Shown piece after piece: positions 23,483 through 37,264 of a DNA stretch of 64,000 bases; positions within the stretch are counted from its first letter, which is position 1, and each line of letters opens with the position of its first letter. This DNA is from Paraphysomonas bandaiensis. Taxonomy: Eukaryota > Protista > Chrysophyceae. Under the pieces are notes generated by a model that saw nothing but the letters and a program-made list of their open reading frames with translations, searched no databases and was not told where the DNA came from. The translations under genes and the position numbers were made by a program. The stretch covers positions 1-64,000 of the forward strand of contig CBFFRP010000089.1 in assembly GCA_965644295.1 (NCBI GenBank), written 5' to 3'.

Positions 23483-24720
23483 ATGGTGAAGCGTATCTTA
23501 CATGTTCTGCACTTCGACATAAACAAGGTTGGTTCGTGTGTTTATGCGTGTGTTCTAATATATGATGTTCGTATATATGTAAGTATGTATGTGTAGACTA
23601 TCATGATGTCGGATCCTGCTAGTGGAGTGTCAGTAGAAGGGATGCTCAACTCGATCATAAGTGAATGTATTTGGGGGTCTGTTCCTGCTGAGCCTGATAA
23701 GCTAGATGTGGATGGCTGGCAGATGCATAGTCCAGTGCCGTCACGTGACCCCCCCAGAAATGATCTCATATCTTATGGAGAGTTTCTTGAAAGAAGAACA
23801 ACACTGTCTCGTCCTGAACGGAAAGCACTGAAAACGACATTCACAGCACCAGGCAGTATTGGCAATGCTTGTCGCGAACATTTTGAGATGCTTCGCGCAA
23901 AGATGCAACTTATTTCTGGTTCTTCAAGTCTACCCTGCAGTGTAGTACCTGCATTCTTCAAGCTGCTGCTTGTTCTATCTGAGCAAGATATTGACTACCG
24001 CATTGTGTTCCGTACTTTTGGTCATGATGCGCGGAGTGTAGCCGAGGAATACAATCGTTTTTGCACTGGGACACACCCTCTCTTTCAGGAGAAAGGTTAC
24101 GCAGCTCCGGACAAGGCACTTGACCTCTCGAGGGGTTTCAAACGCCTAATAAGGTCTGCATCCGGACCACGTCTCTTTATGGGCATTGATGCAGAGAATG
24201 ATGAAAAAGAGTTGGCACATGGACTTCAGCCGATATATAGGTACTTGAGGGAGTCTCTTAGACAGAACATGCACGCTCTGTCGATCCGAGATGACTTTTC
24301 TTGGTGGAGAGATTGTGGGGAAAGGTGAGGAACATTGGTAGTATATGTCGAGAACTCTATTGACTTTGAATTTCTCCTGCTTATGGTTTAGTGACGATAG
24401 TGGGAAGCTACTTCTTATACACCCGGAGGAAGAGAATACTGACGTGTTTCAGGTTTATCATATTATTTGGTCTGAGCGTTTTATACTTATTAGTGCTAAT
24501 GATGCAGGTCTTTTTTGATGACAACATTGAGAGAGACTATGCCCATATAGTGGATGTGAGGAATGTCCTAACTGGCGAGTCAATACCTTATACTGAATCA
24601 AATGGAATATACTTGTGTCGTGTCGCGCCCCTAGAGATCATAAATGATGAATCATATTTTGTGAAAGAGCTTGACAGAATACTAAAAAATCGAGGTCTTG
24701 CAGCAGATTTGTTGCGGTAA
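23483..24720 (+). CDS. Uncharacterised protein with HAD-like motifs, multi-exon
   Basis: MVKRILHVLHFDINK|TIMMSD (DxNxT), IVFRTFG, IRDDFSWW, VFFDDNIERD; GT-AG introns. Confidence 0.65.
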
Positions 24721-25633
24721 TTGTAGATTTTGAATGACAATAGAAGGCTGCATATGAATGTACTGTAAACATCTATTAGTTTATAAATTATGTTAGTGTT
24801 GAGTTTTTCTTATTCGTATGCAATTAAAAGTGGTATTTTAAGCCATCTATGTCAGATACTTGTGGAGTACAGTAGTGTTAAGCAGTAGTACGTGAACTAA
24901 TGATATGGATATGAGATAGTTTAGACGTTTAGACAGTCTCAAAGACCTTGACTATATAATATATTATATCGTGGCTACCTAAGATCTGATAATATTGATA
25001 GTAGTTGTGGGAATATAAATTTAGTGAATGCATAAGAGATCTGATCACAATATAAATTACCTAAGTTATAAGTTCAGTTACTAAATTTACAACACCCAAA
25101 TGTCAGTTTCGAATATGCATGGTAGCGGATGTTAGCACAGACTGGAAGCTACAATCCAAGTTAAGAACTTCTACACACGTGGTATAAGGTATAAGATATG
25201 AGACATATTTACACAAAAATATCGATAACAACAATATGAATGTGATTTCACTAGGTTTCCTATGAGAATGTTTATGAACTTTATAGGTGGAGTTATTAGC
25301 ATCATGATCATGTATGCATAAGAGGAGATAGATAATAATAGGGGACAGGGTATAGGTGTCAGTCTTTATTAGGTAGGGAGAAAGGAGAAATGCATACTGA
25401 TAAATTGAAGCATTCAAGTGTAATGGTGTATTTCAATTAAACTTTACAAGAGACAAAAACATAACACTACATCATGAAAAGTGGTATATATATCATAATT
25501 TAATTACTTTATTCGCGCAATGATATATGGTGGTGGGTCAGAGGTGATTGGATATACAATACGCTACATGCATACACAAGTTATAACATCGCCGAGTAAG
25601 TCACTGCTTTTTACACACAAACTATGGTACCGG

Positions 25634-28090
25634 TCAGGTTTCATCAGAGAGAGAACAATGAGCATTTCGATATAAATCAGAATTTTCGTGTTCCCATCTC
25701 GGAGAAGACGAGTTGCTATTATCCTTGCGTTTCCAACTATCAGACTCCCCTTCTACACGTGGGGACTGCACTCCAGCTGGTGAACCGTTCGATGACGAAG
25801 GAGACGATGGTGTATGGTTAGCGGAGGTGTGAATTGCAGACGCGTATCCCTCTGAAGAAGTTTCAACAGTTGTCTGCTGCACCTTTTGCGCTGACTTGTC
25901 ACTCACACCATTAACAACTACACTCTTCACTGTAAGAACTGAAGCCGTGTTTCCCGCTTTCGTCGTGACACCCATGGTCGCAGATGTGTGAGTTCGCAAC
26001 GACTTCTTACTTGATCTGGAACTAGATTTCTTCAAAGATGTTGCATGATTTACTGGAATGACTTTATCACTCTGAATATAAAAACAGGCATAAGAAAGTA
26101 ATTCGTGGCTCGCAAGTAAATACCTCCTTGTCAGCCACACTCCTTCGACGCAGATACTTGAACACAGAAAAAAACGATGGCAAACATCCAGCATGTTGAA
26201 TTTCACAGTCGGAGTCATCAGTGCATATATTATCTCTCCGTGCACTAGATTTGCTACCTCGGTAGTCTCCTATGCTAGAGCAGCTCGATACGAGGGCACT
26301 GCTGCTCGCATCTGTGTTGTCTCCCCGTCCAGACGCAGAAATGTGGGACGGTGACATCTTTGTAGCCCACATTACATACATTAAAATCACGGCAATTCAC
26401 ACACGCACCTTTTTCCATAGGAAAAAGTGATGACCTCTCTGTACACTCCACGAAGTCGGAAATCGATCAGTGAGATACCTGTTAACCTCCAATTGCTTGT
26501 AAGGAAATTGACCAAGGGTCCATATTTTACGTATATCATGGTAGGTAAGCGTTTTTGCACCATCGTGCATTTGATTTAGCAAAACGCATAAATCTCCCTG
26601 CAGCTCCTACAAAATACAATTGTCAGAGAGACACCCAGAGTGATTGTTTTCATGCCTGAGGTATATCAGTTTCCAACATGATAATATCTGCTTTTTCTAT
26701 ATGCTTAATCGCCATCATATTTCCACACTCCATATGGAGCACCCTTTCATGATCTTGCCCCTCATGGGGCTTTTCAGTTACAATGATAGATGACCCTTGA
26801 CATATTTTAACTTCAAAAGAATCTTTTCCTAAAAGATTTATCATTCTTATGGCTGACTCCTGTGCGATCCTGTGCAAAATTGTTACCGCACCATATGTAA
26901 ACGAAGCTAACATACATATATCGCCCAAGAGAAAGCTCAATTCCATAAACATATTTAAGATTTCGAAACTGTAAAAATGCCTGTATAAGAATCTTCCCAG
27001 TCCCCATTCCTAGATCGAAGAGAACCGATTTGGTCGCAGCCTTCAAGTGCTGTGGTCCCAGAGCCTTTGAACACGACAATTGTTACACTTCATGTCGGAA
27101 ACGTCAGTGAGTACCTTATTAACACCGCGCGGAAGCAGTTCGCCATACAACAGACTACCCTTCGCGTTCTTTGCATTTTCTCTATGGCAATTGATATTGT
27201 TAGGTTCAGTTAATTTCACTTAATGGCTGTGTATCACCTGTCGTCCTCTGTCAGACTGGTGTGTCCACGGGTTTTATGACCCGTCTCTTGAATAACACCA
27301 CCATATATCTTAAAAAGCACAGACTGGGCAAATGCATAATCCAACGAAAGGTCTTCCACATAATTCCATTCTTCATACTACAGGCAGACAACTTAGCCAT
27401 GACTAAATAATAATAGTGTTTACCTCTGAACAAGAGAAGCCACTGCTCTCTCCGTCGTCGTTCTCCTTGAACTCCGTCGTTGAATCTTGAGGCCCATGTT
27501 CAATAATATAAAATGCCATTTTAGTCATATTGAGCCAGCGCTTTTCACCGATCGATCGAAACTCCACGCTGTGTTTACCAGATCTATGGTAATGAGTCAC
27601 AATGCCTTCATGCCATTCCTTGTTGTCAATCAGACAACTGATACGACACCCTAGCAAAGATTGATTCGACCATGCAGTTTTGCGTTGCAGATGAATCTAG
27701 TGATACATTGTTATACCGAAGGAAGTAGTTGGCGTGAAATACCTGTAACTCTTGGAGGGATACAAATGCCATTCCGCACTCATTGCACATATAATGATTT
27801 CTAATTTGTTCAGCTGTACACAATAAAACATCACACACGCCTCACCAACTATAGAGCAGCTTACGATCTAGTGCTGGGATAGCTGGATGTATAAACCTTT
27901 CTTGATGGACAGGGTCATGAATATGTGTACATCCACGTCCATAACGACAGGGAACTCTCTTCAGTATGCCTTGCTTACTGCTTTCAGAAGGCGACCTTCT
28001 CGACACAATAGATAGTTTAGGGCGCAGTATATCGTCCCAATCAATACTGCTTATTTCTGAACTATAGTTCTGCTCTTTAAATGACTCCAT
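25634..28090 (-). CDS. DOT1-like SAM-dependent methyltransferase with N-terminal PBZ-like finger, C2H2-like finger and Tudor-like domain, multi-exon
   Basis: CRYGRGCTHIHDPVHQERFIHP; CNECGMAFVSLQELQ|IH; LGCRISCLIDNKEWHEGIVTHY..HSVEF..EKRWLNM; LLYGELLPRG..LFDLGMGTGK..VYGIELS..R; PTSWS; Ser-rich tail. Confidence 0.8.
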
Positions 28091-28738
28091 CAGGTAATGT
28101 CAGAGTGGCATTGTATGATCTATGCAATCCCAAATAATTTGGTGAATGCTTCTATACTTCAAACTGCTTAGGAGCAGAAATAAATGAAGGTGATTGACGC
28201 TGACAGATACCCTAAGGACTAAAAGTAATAAGGTATCAACAGCAGTAGTATCTCCTGGAGATATATACAGCTATATATATATATATGTATGTATGTATTA
28301 ATGTCCGATGCGAAATATTACAACTAGAAAAAGTTACGACACTCTCCCAGTGACTATGATACTGCACACTGTACAGTGATACTGGAGGAGGGGCGTAATC
28401 TTTTATTGTTCCAGTTCGTTTTTCATACACACAGTGGGACACCGTCACTGTCCTTCCATCTGCTGCTCCTCCTGTACAACTAGTGTTGAGAAGGGTTTCT
28501 TCCAATGTATACATAGGAATACAGTTCTACAATACAGTAGTTGCAAGAAGGCTAAGGTGTAGATGGGAAAAGAGTTGATGTGTGTGCCATGAATATGACA
28601 ACAAAAATAAAACCGTTTTTGGACACATTAATGTATGTGAACTTCATCTTACCTGCTAGTGCTACATGGCCATATACCCACCTGTCTGCTCGTTTAACCT
28701 GAAGTAACACCCGAGTCATACTTCTGTTATAGTAGAGA

Positions 28739-30736
28739 ATGGGTACCAGTGCTTCTCTGTTATCACCGGAGTTAAAGGCTCAGATATCTAAAGATGTACA
28801 GGTTGCTATTATGAGATGATAGGGGTGTGTGTTGCTGACTTAATGTAAAGGAAAAATACAAACAACTTACTGTCGAGAACTCGAATTTAACTCCAGCTGA
28901 AATTATGAAGGAACTTGCATTGTTAGTATATTAATTTTTTATGGGTGTACTAATTGTTGTGTAGGGTTTATGATGCTGATATTAACGCAAATGGAGCAGC
29001 AGCACCTTCTACGGAAACTTCAGGTGATGCGACTACTCAAGAAAAGGCAAATGATGCGACTACTCAAGAAAAGGCAAATGATGCGACTACTCAAGAAAAG
29101 ACAAGGCACAGAGTAAGCCAGCTTATCGCATCAGAATCTTTGGGTGAAAGTCCGAGGGAAAATTATCCCATACAACAATCTTTGAGATATGCTGTGGACA
29201 CTGATCACTCTCTCGTACATCTTGATAGAGTGTCAGAAGAAACAGCCAAAATAGTTGATGAGCCAGCACTGCCCCCTGTAGAGCCAGGATCTCCTGTCCA
29301 AACTCGTATTGGACGCAGCAGCTCATCTGCAGAGTTGCTTCAAAAAACAAATAACTTGTTGGAAAGCCAGGCTAGAATATCGTCGTTTATTAACCAGTTA
29401 AAGGGTGGGGACATCACAACACAAAAGTCGTCCGGCTTCCGTGTTCGTCGTTTAACATACGCACAAAAAACTGCAGAAGAACCTGAGAAACCACTTCCAT
29501 TGACAAGCAAGCGAACAACAATATATGCAAGCAAAGAAATAGGCGTTACACAGGAGAAGAAACCCCCTTTCCCGCCAATGGTTCTTGGTACATTTTCTTG
29601 CCATGGAATAGAGCCTGCACCAGTGAACCCAATGGAAGAGGAGGAAGAAGACGAGCCAGAAGATGAAGATGACTCTGGAGATGAGTACAAAGGAATAGTA
29701 CAGAAAACTAATCAGGACCGAGGATGTGTGGTATATCCTTACAATAATTCCACCCGTGAGGCCTTGTTTATGTGCCTGGATGGACATGGCGAACAAGGCG
29801 ACAGGGTATCTGAATTCGCCATGAGAAATGTAAAAAAATATATTTTTCTTCAACTTTTCATTTATAGTTTGTATGTTTAGATTGTTCATCAGGTCGAAAA
29901 GAACCTCAAGGAAGATCCGGAGAATGTGGAGGAAGCCTTAACTACTTCTTTTATTCACGCTAACACCGCGCTCATGACAACCCCAATCAAGTATATGACT
30001 TCTGGGTCTACATGTGTAACCATATATATCCGAGGAAATTCCTATTGGGTTGCAAATTGCGGAGACTCTCGTGCTGTAGTTGCTCGCAAAGGGGCTGATG
30101 ATAGTTTGACAGCTGTGGATTTAAGCCGTGACCATAAACCTGATGACCCAATCGAGGCAGCTCGCATCACCTCCTGGGGAGGTTTCGTGTCTCCTGCTCC
30201 TGAGCCAGGATTGTCTGCACGCGTGTGGCTAGATGAGAAGTTCACTATGATTGGTTTGGCGATGGCTCGCTCTATCGGTAAAGAGCTGTCGGGATATATA
30301 GTCGCGTATGTTGACATTTAGTTTGGTGTAGGTGACTATGCTGTAAAATCTGTTGGTGTGATACCGACCCCAGAAGTCACCAAGTACGAATTTTTGCCAG
30401 AGGATGAATTTATCATAATGGCATCTGATGGCGTATGGGAATTTATCAGTAGTCAGGTGGAATATGAATAACTTCATATATCTTGAAACCGTTAACGATT
30501 TATTTATCAACAGGAGGCAGTGGAGATAGTACGAGATAACCTCAAAATGGGGGCTCATTTTGCATGTCAAGAGTTGATTCAGACCGCAGCAGTGCGATGG
30601 CAAGAAGAGGAAGGGGACTACCGTGATGATGTATGCATGTTGTTGTTGCTGTTTTTTAGATCACTTATGCTTCGTTACACAGATTACTGCGGTGATCTTT
30701 ACCCTGCCGTTGCCTATGACTGGAGATACTGAATGA
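28739..30736 (+). CDS. PP2C (PPM) protein phosphatase with N-myristoylation motif, multi-exon
   Basis: MGTSAS; KTNQDRG, CLDGHG, SGSTC, ANCGDSRAV, DHKPD, GLAMARSIGD, MASDGVWEF, YRDDIT. Confidence 0.95.
29026..29100 (+). repeat. 27-bp coding tandem repeat (DATTQEKAN x ~2.8)
   Basis: gatgcgactactcaagaaaaggcaaat repeated exactly. Confidence 0.95.
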
Positions 30737-31689
30737 TATGAGAAAATCAGAAATTAGATTATTTAAAGTCTGGGGTATGTGTATTTTTTTCATATATTGA
30801 GCTGATTCTGTAGCGTCGCGTTTACTTGCATTGGAAAATCGTAGTCTTAGCAGACATGTTGCAGCTTAGAATGTTTATACTTGTTCGAGCTAGGACCGCC
30901 ATCTATCATTAAATTAATACAGCTTCCTGTTATATTTTGTGCTGTGTTGCATTCCGAATTGCAGCGCTGTGTTCAAACTTGGTCAGTGTTGATCTTGTAA
31001 AAGAACTTCGTAGTTTCGCTAAATACGATACAGCAAATTATTGATACCAACATCACCATTTGCTAAATTATTGATGGAAACCACTTCGCTGGGGTTCAAT
31101 TAATCTAGGTAATTAACAAGGTTAGAATCAAGATCGTAACACAGAAAAGATGCTGATATATTCTGGGAACGTGTGTAGTACAGAATGTTGAGTTTTGCTT
31201 ACTCGTAAGCAAGTAAAAGTTGACTACCATCTGCTACCATGTCAAGTTGTTATGATTTACTAAGTTAACTGTACTTGTATTCACTCTTTAATCTTGTTAA
31301 AATTATTATAATCAATATCTCTTCTCATTCATCAATTTCATGTTATCTCTACGACCAATCATTTTTCGTACGATCTTTCACTGTCACTATCTTGTATGAG
31401 CAATATATAATATTCAGTTTTATTACTACAGTAGCTATCATATATGTTGTTAGTTCTCATAATACTGTTAACCACTAATATATTCTTTGACTAACGGTCA
31501 TAATTCCAACACCTTAGAATTACAGCTTTTAATTGCTCAAACAGCAAACTCAACAAAAGCTGCATATCATGACCGCTAATAATAGATTAATTAAAAACTG
31601 TACTACGTGAATCATATATATATACACTAGAGAACAATGTTAGAGAAACTGAAATAGTTTTACTGTATAAGATCGTGTCCATCTAAGAT

Positions 31690-31960
31690 CTTGCCCTCAA
31701 CAAATTCAGACTCGCACCTTTTCGTGGTGTTCTGGGGGATAAGGGATAAGTGCCGGAGATATTTCTCCGGGAGATTAACGTGAGTCATAATTTTTTTCCC
31801 ACTCGTAGCCAATTGTGGTGCAAGGGGTGTCCCTTGTGTAGACGTCATTGAGGCCTTGACGAATAAACAGGCATCCGGGAATGGGCCCACCTTAAGGGCA
31901 TCCAGGGTATTGGGCTACCTATACACTGAAGTCAGGCATCCGGGCTGGTTCACCTTTTAA
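31690..31960 (+). repeat. Copy 3 of the dispersed repeat family; carries the empty sites for both hAT insertions
   Basis: Single copies of ataaacag (31863-31870) and tattgggc (31908-31915). Confidence 0.75.
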
Positions 31961-33949
31961 GGACAGAGAGCAAAAAATTGGTTGCACCGTGGTTGCAAAG
32001 ATGGAACTCTTACACGGTATGGGTTCAGTTTTTGCTACTTAAAAGTTATTTTTTCACTATAATATAGGATATTATCCAAATGTCAATCTTTCTAGTAGAT
32101 ATGATACCGGGGTGGTATATAGTGCAGATGGAAGTAACTTCTAAAGTTCGATCAATTAGGGGTCGTCAACTGGACGAAAATTTCATGGTATGGCTCATGT
32201 TCAAGAACCGAAATCATTACGGACTAGAGAAAACTATGTGATACTAGCAGTTGACAATATGAATTAAAGTTGATGTGATGAACAAACCTGGAGAAACGCT
32301 CTAAACCTGATGAAATTTTGAAAATGTCGATTTATGTTGAGTTTTTGATGCTTTTTGCAATAAATACTGCAGTAGGAGTGAAGGGAACATGTTTTTAAAG
32401 ACATTTAATAAGTTTTATATTAGTTATAGGCCAAAAAGGTGAGATAAAAACGTGCACAATCAAATGATGGTATAATGTTTCGTCTGTTTGTACTTGTTGG
32501 ACCTCTCCACACGAGTTCACTCTCCTCAATCCACTGTGTATGAGGCTCTGTGCTACAGCTTCGTGACCAAACACTGTCATGAAGATACATGCGACCTTCC
32601 TGGAAGGTAGTCATAAACCTGCAACTCTGAACCACTTAGAAAGAGTGTCATCAGAGAGTGGTATCAGCTCTGCAGCATTCATCCTATGTGTATCAGTCTG
32701 TCTGTCATAATGATGCAGAAGAAAGGACTGTTACTACGAAAGCTTCGTGATTCAAAGGCATTATTTCATGTAAGCTTTTAACCTGCCGTAAGTTTCTAGA
32801 AACTACACTGTGTTTCATTTATAGTAATAATATATTTAAAGTAATATATAGTATCTAATCAGGTGTTGTATGTGTATATATATAGTTACGTTCATGTGAG
32901 ATTTTAATAAGTATTAATATACAGTAGATTTATATGTCAGTTGTTCAAAACAAATACATGAAGGAGCTCGAGAAGTAATTGAAGAGGAAGGACACTTGCA
33001 TTTTAGTTCCATCTTTGAGGCTGTTCAACCCGTGGCAGAAGTACTCGAAATTGCTGCCCAATATTTTTGAAAAATGGACCTGTTGCAATACGACGACCCT
33101 GTGAGTGAATTATTTGCGAGATTAATGAAACTTTTCGTGGTAAAACCCACTACGAGTTGGTGTATTCAACTTGCAGTATTCAAAATTTTACCAGGAGAGT
33201 TGTTGATGCATGATGGACCGTCTCTTACTATAGAAGTACTCTAAAAATGGTAGAGCTAGGTGACTCCCCTTATAGCTTAAAAACGATTATCTAGAGACAG
33301 ATGGAAATAATCATATCATGGACGGCAATAATTATCATATTTGCCAGAATCTAGGTTAGCTCAAAATTCACCGCAACAGCCATATATACAGAGAGCACGA
33401 GAGCGGCTTTTAACCTTCATATCATAATACAAAGAGACAGACAGAATGCTATATGTGGAGATTGGTGGAGCAACATCTCGATATGCCCCCTATCGGTGAA
33501 GCATAATATTTATATGCTCTAGGGAATGCTGCGGATGGGGCAGCGAGAAGCTTAAAGTTAATTTGCCTTCATAGTAAATTTGGGACTTGGAACGGAGCTC
33601 AACAGACACCCCGGAAAAAGGCGCAGTGTCTGAGAGGCAGCACGGTATATTGTTGGAGGAATTGACTTTTTGCAATGTTGGTTGACATAGGACTTCCAGT
33701 GTGCTTACTTACAGACAAACCTATATTCTGCTACGTATGTATGATGTCAGCCCGGACATATTATACCATCCTCTATTATGGTGAGAGGCTAGCTAAAATA
33801 GCTGAGTCATACGTCCACCAGATTGTCCTATTGGGTTTTGGTGATATCCGTCAGTTATATCTCGTGATATAACACAGCTCTGAAAATGGAGAGGGGGTGT
33901 TGAGTTTTACTCATTGATAAAGCAATAAACAGATGTATTTCAATGCTGT

Positions 33950-34530
33950 ATTCAAATTATGACCGTTAGTTCAATAATACAGTAATTGACAACTACTGTA
34001 GTACACGAATGAATGATACGACATGACACGAATTGTCTTATTATTAGCAATAGGCGTGCGACCTGAATTATGTTCAATAAACTGAAATAGTTTTGATGTA
34101 TAAGGTATAAGATCGTATCTTTATAATATATGATATAGAGAATATTATTGATTGGTAATACGGAGATAGAAAGAGAATATCAATGTAGCGACTGTCAATG
34201 AATGATAAGAGATGTTGATTATAAATGTTTTAATAGTTGATTATTCTGTCGAGTGAGTTCAAGCGCAGTATCTAATATACACTATTCATACGTACTTAAG
34301 CTAAAATTATTATCTATATGAAATCGTGACCATTTAAGGTGTGATATATTGATTGGTTGTAGTGACGATACAGAATTAGTGAATGATAATGAGTAAGAAG
34401 AGATGTTGATTAGAAGTTTAAATAATTGATTGTGAAGTACGTTAAAGTTCAGTTGCTTAATTTACAGCATCCAAATGTCAGTTTCGGATAAGTACCCTTT
34501 AGAAACTAACTCCAAATCCACAGTTTGCAA
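33950..34530. repeat. Decayed AT-rich repeat with partial copies at ~25060-25200 and ~31250-31680
   Basis: aagttcagtt.ct.aatttaca.ca.ccaaatgtcagtttcg.ata at ~25070 and ~34445; actgaaatagtttt..tataagatcgt at ~31648 and ~34081; an inverted aatcaa.atctcttct match at ~31310 and ~34410. Confidence 0.5.
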
Positions 34531-34788
34531 TATGAACTGTTGAGCACTTTGAAAACTTATGCGACAAAGACTAACAACATCACTGCAATAATAATTATTT
34601 GCTCTCTAATTTCAATTTATGCAACAATGTCAATTGTAGGCAATCAATTGCTGCAACATCCTGATAACACAAGTCTATATACATATATTATATCTACAAT
34701 ATACTCAAAAGTGGTCACAGTGGCGTCCGTGTAATATGCACACATGAATATGAATTCATGTATGGTAACCAAACACGTATATATGGAA

Positions 34789-36779
34789 TTATTCATCCGT
34801 GTTCAACCATTGTGCCCATGATCCTTCTTGCAGCATTTCAATACAGGCAGAATACTCGTAGTCATCATCTACAAAACGTCATTAAATTTATGATACGGTA
34901 ATGCCATATGTCATGAACGTACCTGATTCCGGTGGGGAACTGTTTCCAGATGATAGTGAATAGTATTTGAACATAACTTCTTCGTAGTCAGGATTCGTGC
35001 ATATAGAGTGCACCTTAAATACTAAATGTTCATCAGTGTCAAGAAATCTCTTCCCTACATAAGGAATAAATCTTTCCACCCCAGGAGGCGGATTATCATA
35101 GTCAATATCAGAGTAATATCCGCATTCAGAAAGTCCTGAGTCGCTGGAAGCACCACTGCTGTCCGTATTACTGACAATAGCACGTCGGCAGCGGTCGAAA
35201 ACTTCTCCATTTTTGTATCTTTTCGACGTTCTAAAATAAATAAGAAAAATTAAGTAATGCGAATTCGGATACACAACGGCATTCTTCATAACGACAAAAA
35301 TATGCATGTACCTGGTCCGAGTGGAATCTTTCTTTCTCTTGACAGCTGACGATTTCCCTTCGCACTTACGAATTTCAAATTTTTCTGACTTCGTAGGAGG
35401 TGCTGTCGGGATAACTTTCCTTCCTGCTGATGGGAAAAAAGATGTAATCGTAGGAGTATTTTTTGGGGCCGGAAGAGGCCGCGATTTAGATCGAGTGGGC
35501 GTTTGAGGGTTCTTTGGGGCCATTGAAGATGATTCCAGGTCATTGGTATCGTTAATTTGGGTTGAAGGAAGATCAGTAAAGGAAGAGAATAGAGAAGAAA
35601 CAACGGATGTATCATTTTTCAGTGGGGAGGTGTATCGTGACGGAGTACGGTTAGCCGGAGGTGACGCATATCGGTTATCGGAATTTGACGATATACGAGA
35701 GTTCGATCGCGTAGAACGGGACGGGGTCAAAGGAGCAGAATGCTGTTTCACTGGAGTCGACTGACCCAAAGGCTTGTAAGGTGATGCATATCGGCTATCG
35801 GTATTTGACGATGTACGAGAGTTTGATCGCGTAGAACGGGACGGGGTCAAAGGAGCAGAATGCTGTTTCACTGGAGTCGACTGACCCAAAGGCTTGTAAA
35901 CAATCGCACTACGAATGTGTTACATTAGACAACACATAAGAAATGTTTATACCCTGTAAATGAACGCAGTGGTGCAGATTCTACCCACTCACTCGAACCG
36001 CTGCTTGATCCTGCATTATATTAAATTGATATAAAGCAGAGAGGCAGAGATCTACACTTACCATGCTGTTTCTCAGGGGTTCGCAATGTTGTAGATTTTC
36101 TTTTTATCGGTGTGTTTTTATAGGGTGATGTCTGAAAATTCTTTGAGGGTGAATGATGGCGCTCATAGGTGTCAATAAACAGCTGTTTATTATGACGCCA
36201 TCCACCAGATTCAACGTAGTCAATTGGTTTCATACCACGAGCATCCTCTGGGGAATATAGGTCTGCACCTTTTTGTAAGAGTAGATTAACCACTTCCATT
36301 GTAACGTGCTCATACTTGAGTGAAATATGTAGTGGGGTCTCTTGAAATGCATTCATGGCGTTGACATTCGCACCGTTTTCAACAAGAAGAATAGCAACAG
36401 CAGACCGCCCACAAAAACATGCTTGATGAAGAGGAGTGTACTTATCTATTCGCGTTTTTACATCTAATTGTGCACCGTTATCAATTAGCATTCGTGCAAT
36501 CACGAGATTATTCGGTGATGATAAGGTGCATGTTTTGAATATAGGGGTTTCTCCTTTGTATTTACTGCACTTAACATTCGCATCGGCACCAAGAGACAGG
36601 AGCTTACGAACTAATGTCTTATCTTTATCCACGCATGCGCGCATGAGAAGTGTTTCTTCTCCATTGACGATATCTTCATTAATAAGATTATTCTTTGTTA
36701 AGTACTGAATATCCTCCTGGCTGACCTCTTGAGCCTTTAGTCTATCATATAAGGACAACGACTCTCCTGTCATCATCAC
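34789..36779 (-). CDS. Ankyrin-repeat protein with S/T-P-rich basic linker and small C-terminal domain, multi-exon
   Basis: ETLLMRAC, GETPIFKTC, YTPLHQACFCG, QETPLHISL, each with GADAN/GAQLD/GANVN-type ends; final exon DDDYEYSACIEML..WAQWLNTDE*. Confidence 0.85.
35660..35899 (-). repeat. 120-bp coding tandem duplication (40 aa x2)
   Basis: YKPLGQSTPVKQHSAPLTPSRSTRSNSR.SSN.D.RYASP occurs twice. Confidence 0.92.
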
Positions 36780-37264
36780 TCCAGAGTATCAAACAATGAG
36801 AGGGAGTTTGTTTCGACAGAGGTGTGTCGCATAGCGTCCAATTGAGCTGCAGATATAGATGATCATGATATAGCTGATGATGATTGTGAGTGTCAGTCCA
36901 TCTCCCTCGTATCATATGCAGGATATCAGCTCAGTTTAAATTTTGAACTGTCGTGAGCTTATTACGAATCAATTTCGAATAACGCTTTTTGATTCGCTAT
37001 ATGGGCCCCAATGGTGAGATGTGTAGTCCGATCCAGAATACAGAAAGTAGGAGTTGTATTCCAGAATTCGTATAAAGTTCTCGTACAGCAGGAGCAGCTG
37101 GACACTATCGTCTGTATAGGAGTGCATGCGGCCAAGTAACATCTAGACATTCTTGATGTTGCGGTTGCTGCTAAGACATACACATTCAGGTCTATATGGT
37201 GCATAATATCACCACCTCACTACCACGAACACCGTCGACGATATTCTGAAGTAGACTTATTATA

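Noticed and set aside
23119-23565. ORFs reading YIHT/MYVC repeats
   Set aside because: Translation artefacts of the (TACA)n microsatellite.
32395-32635. Possible ankyrin fragment (FGHEAVAQSLIHSG)
   Set aside because: A single short match in a stop-ridden region; too weak to call.
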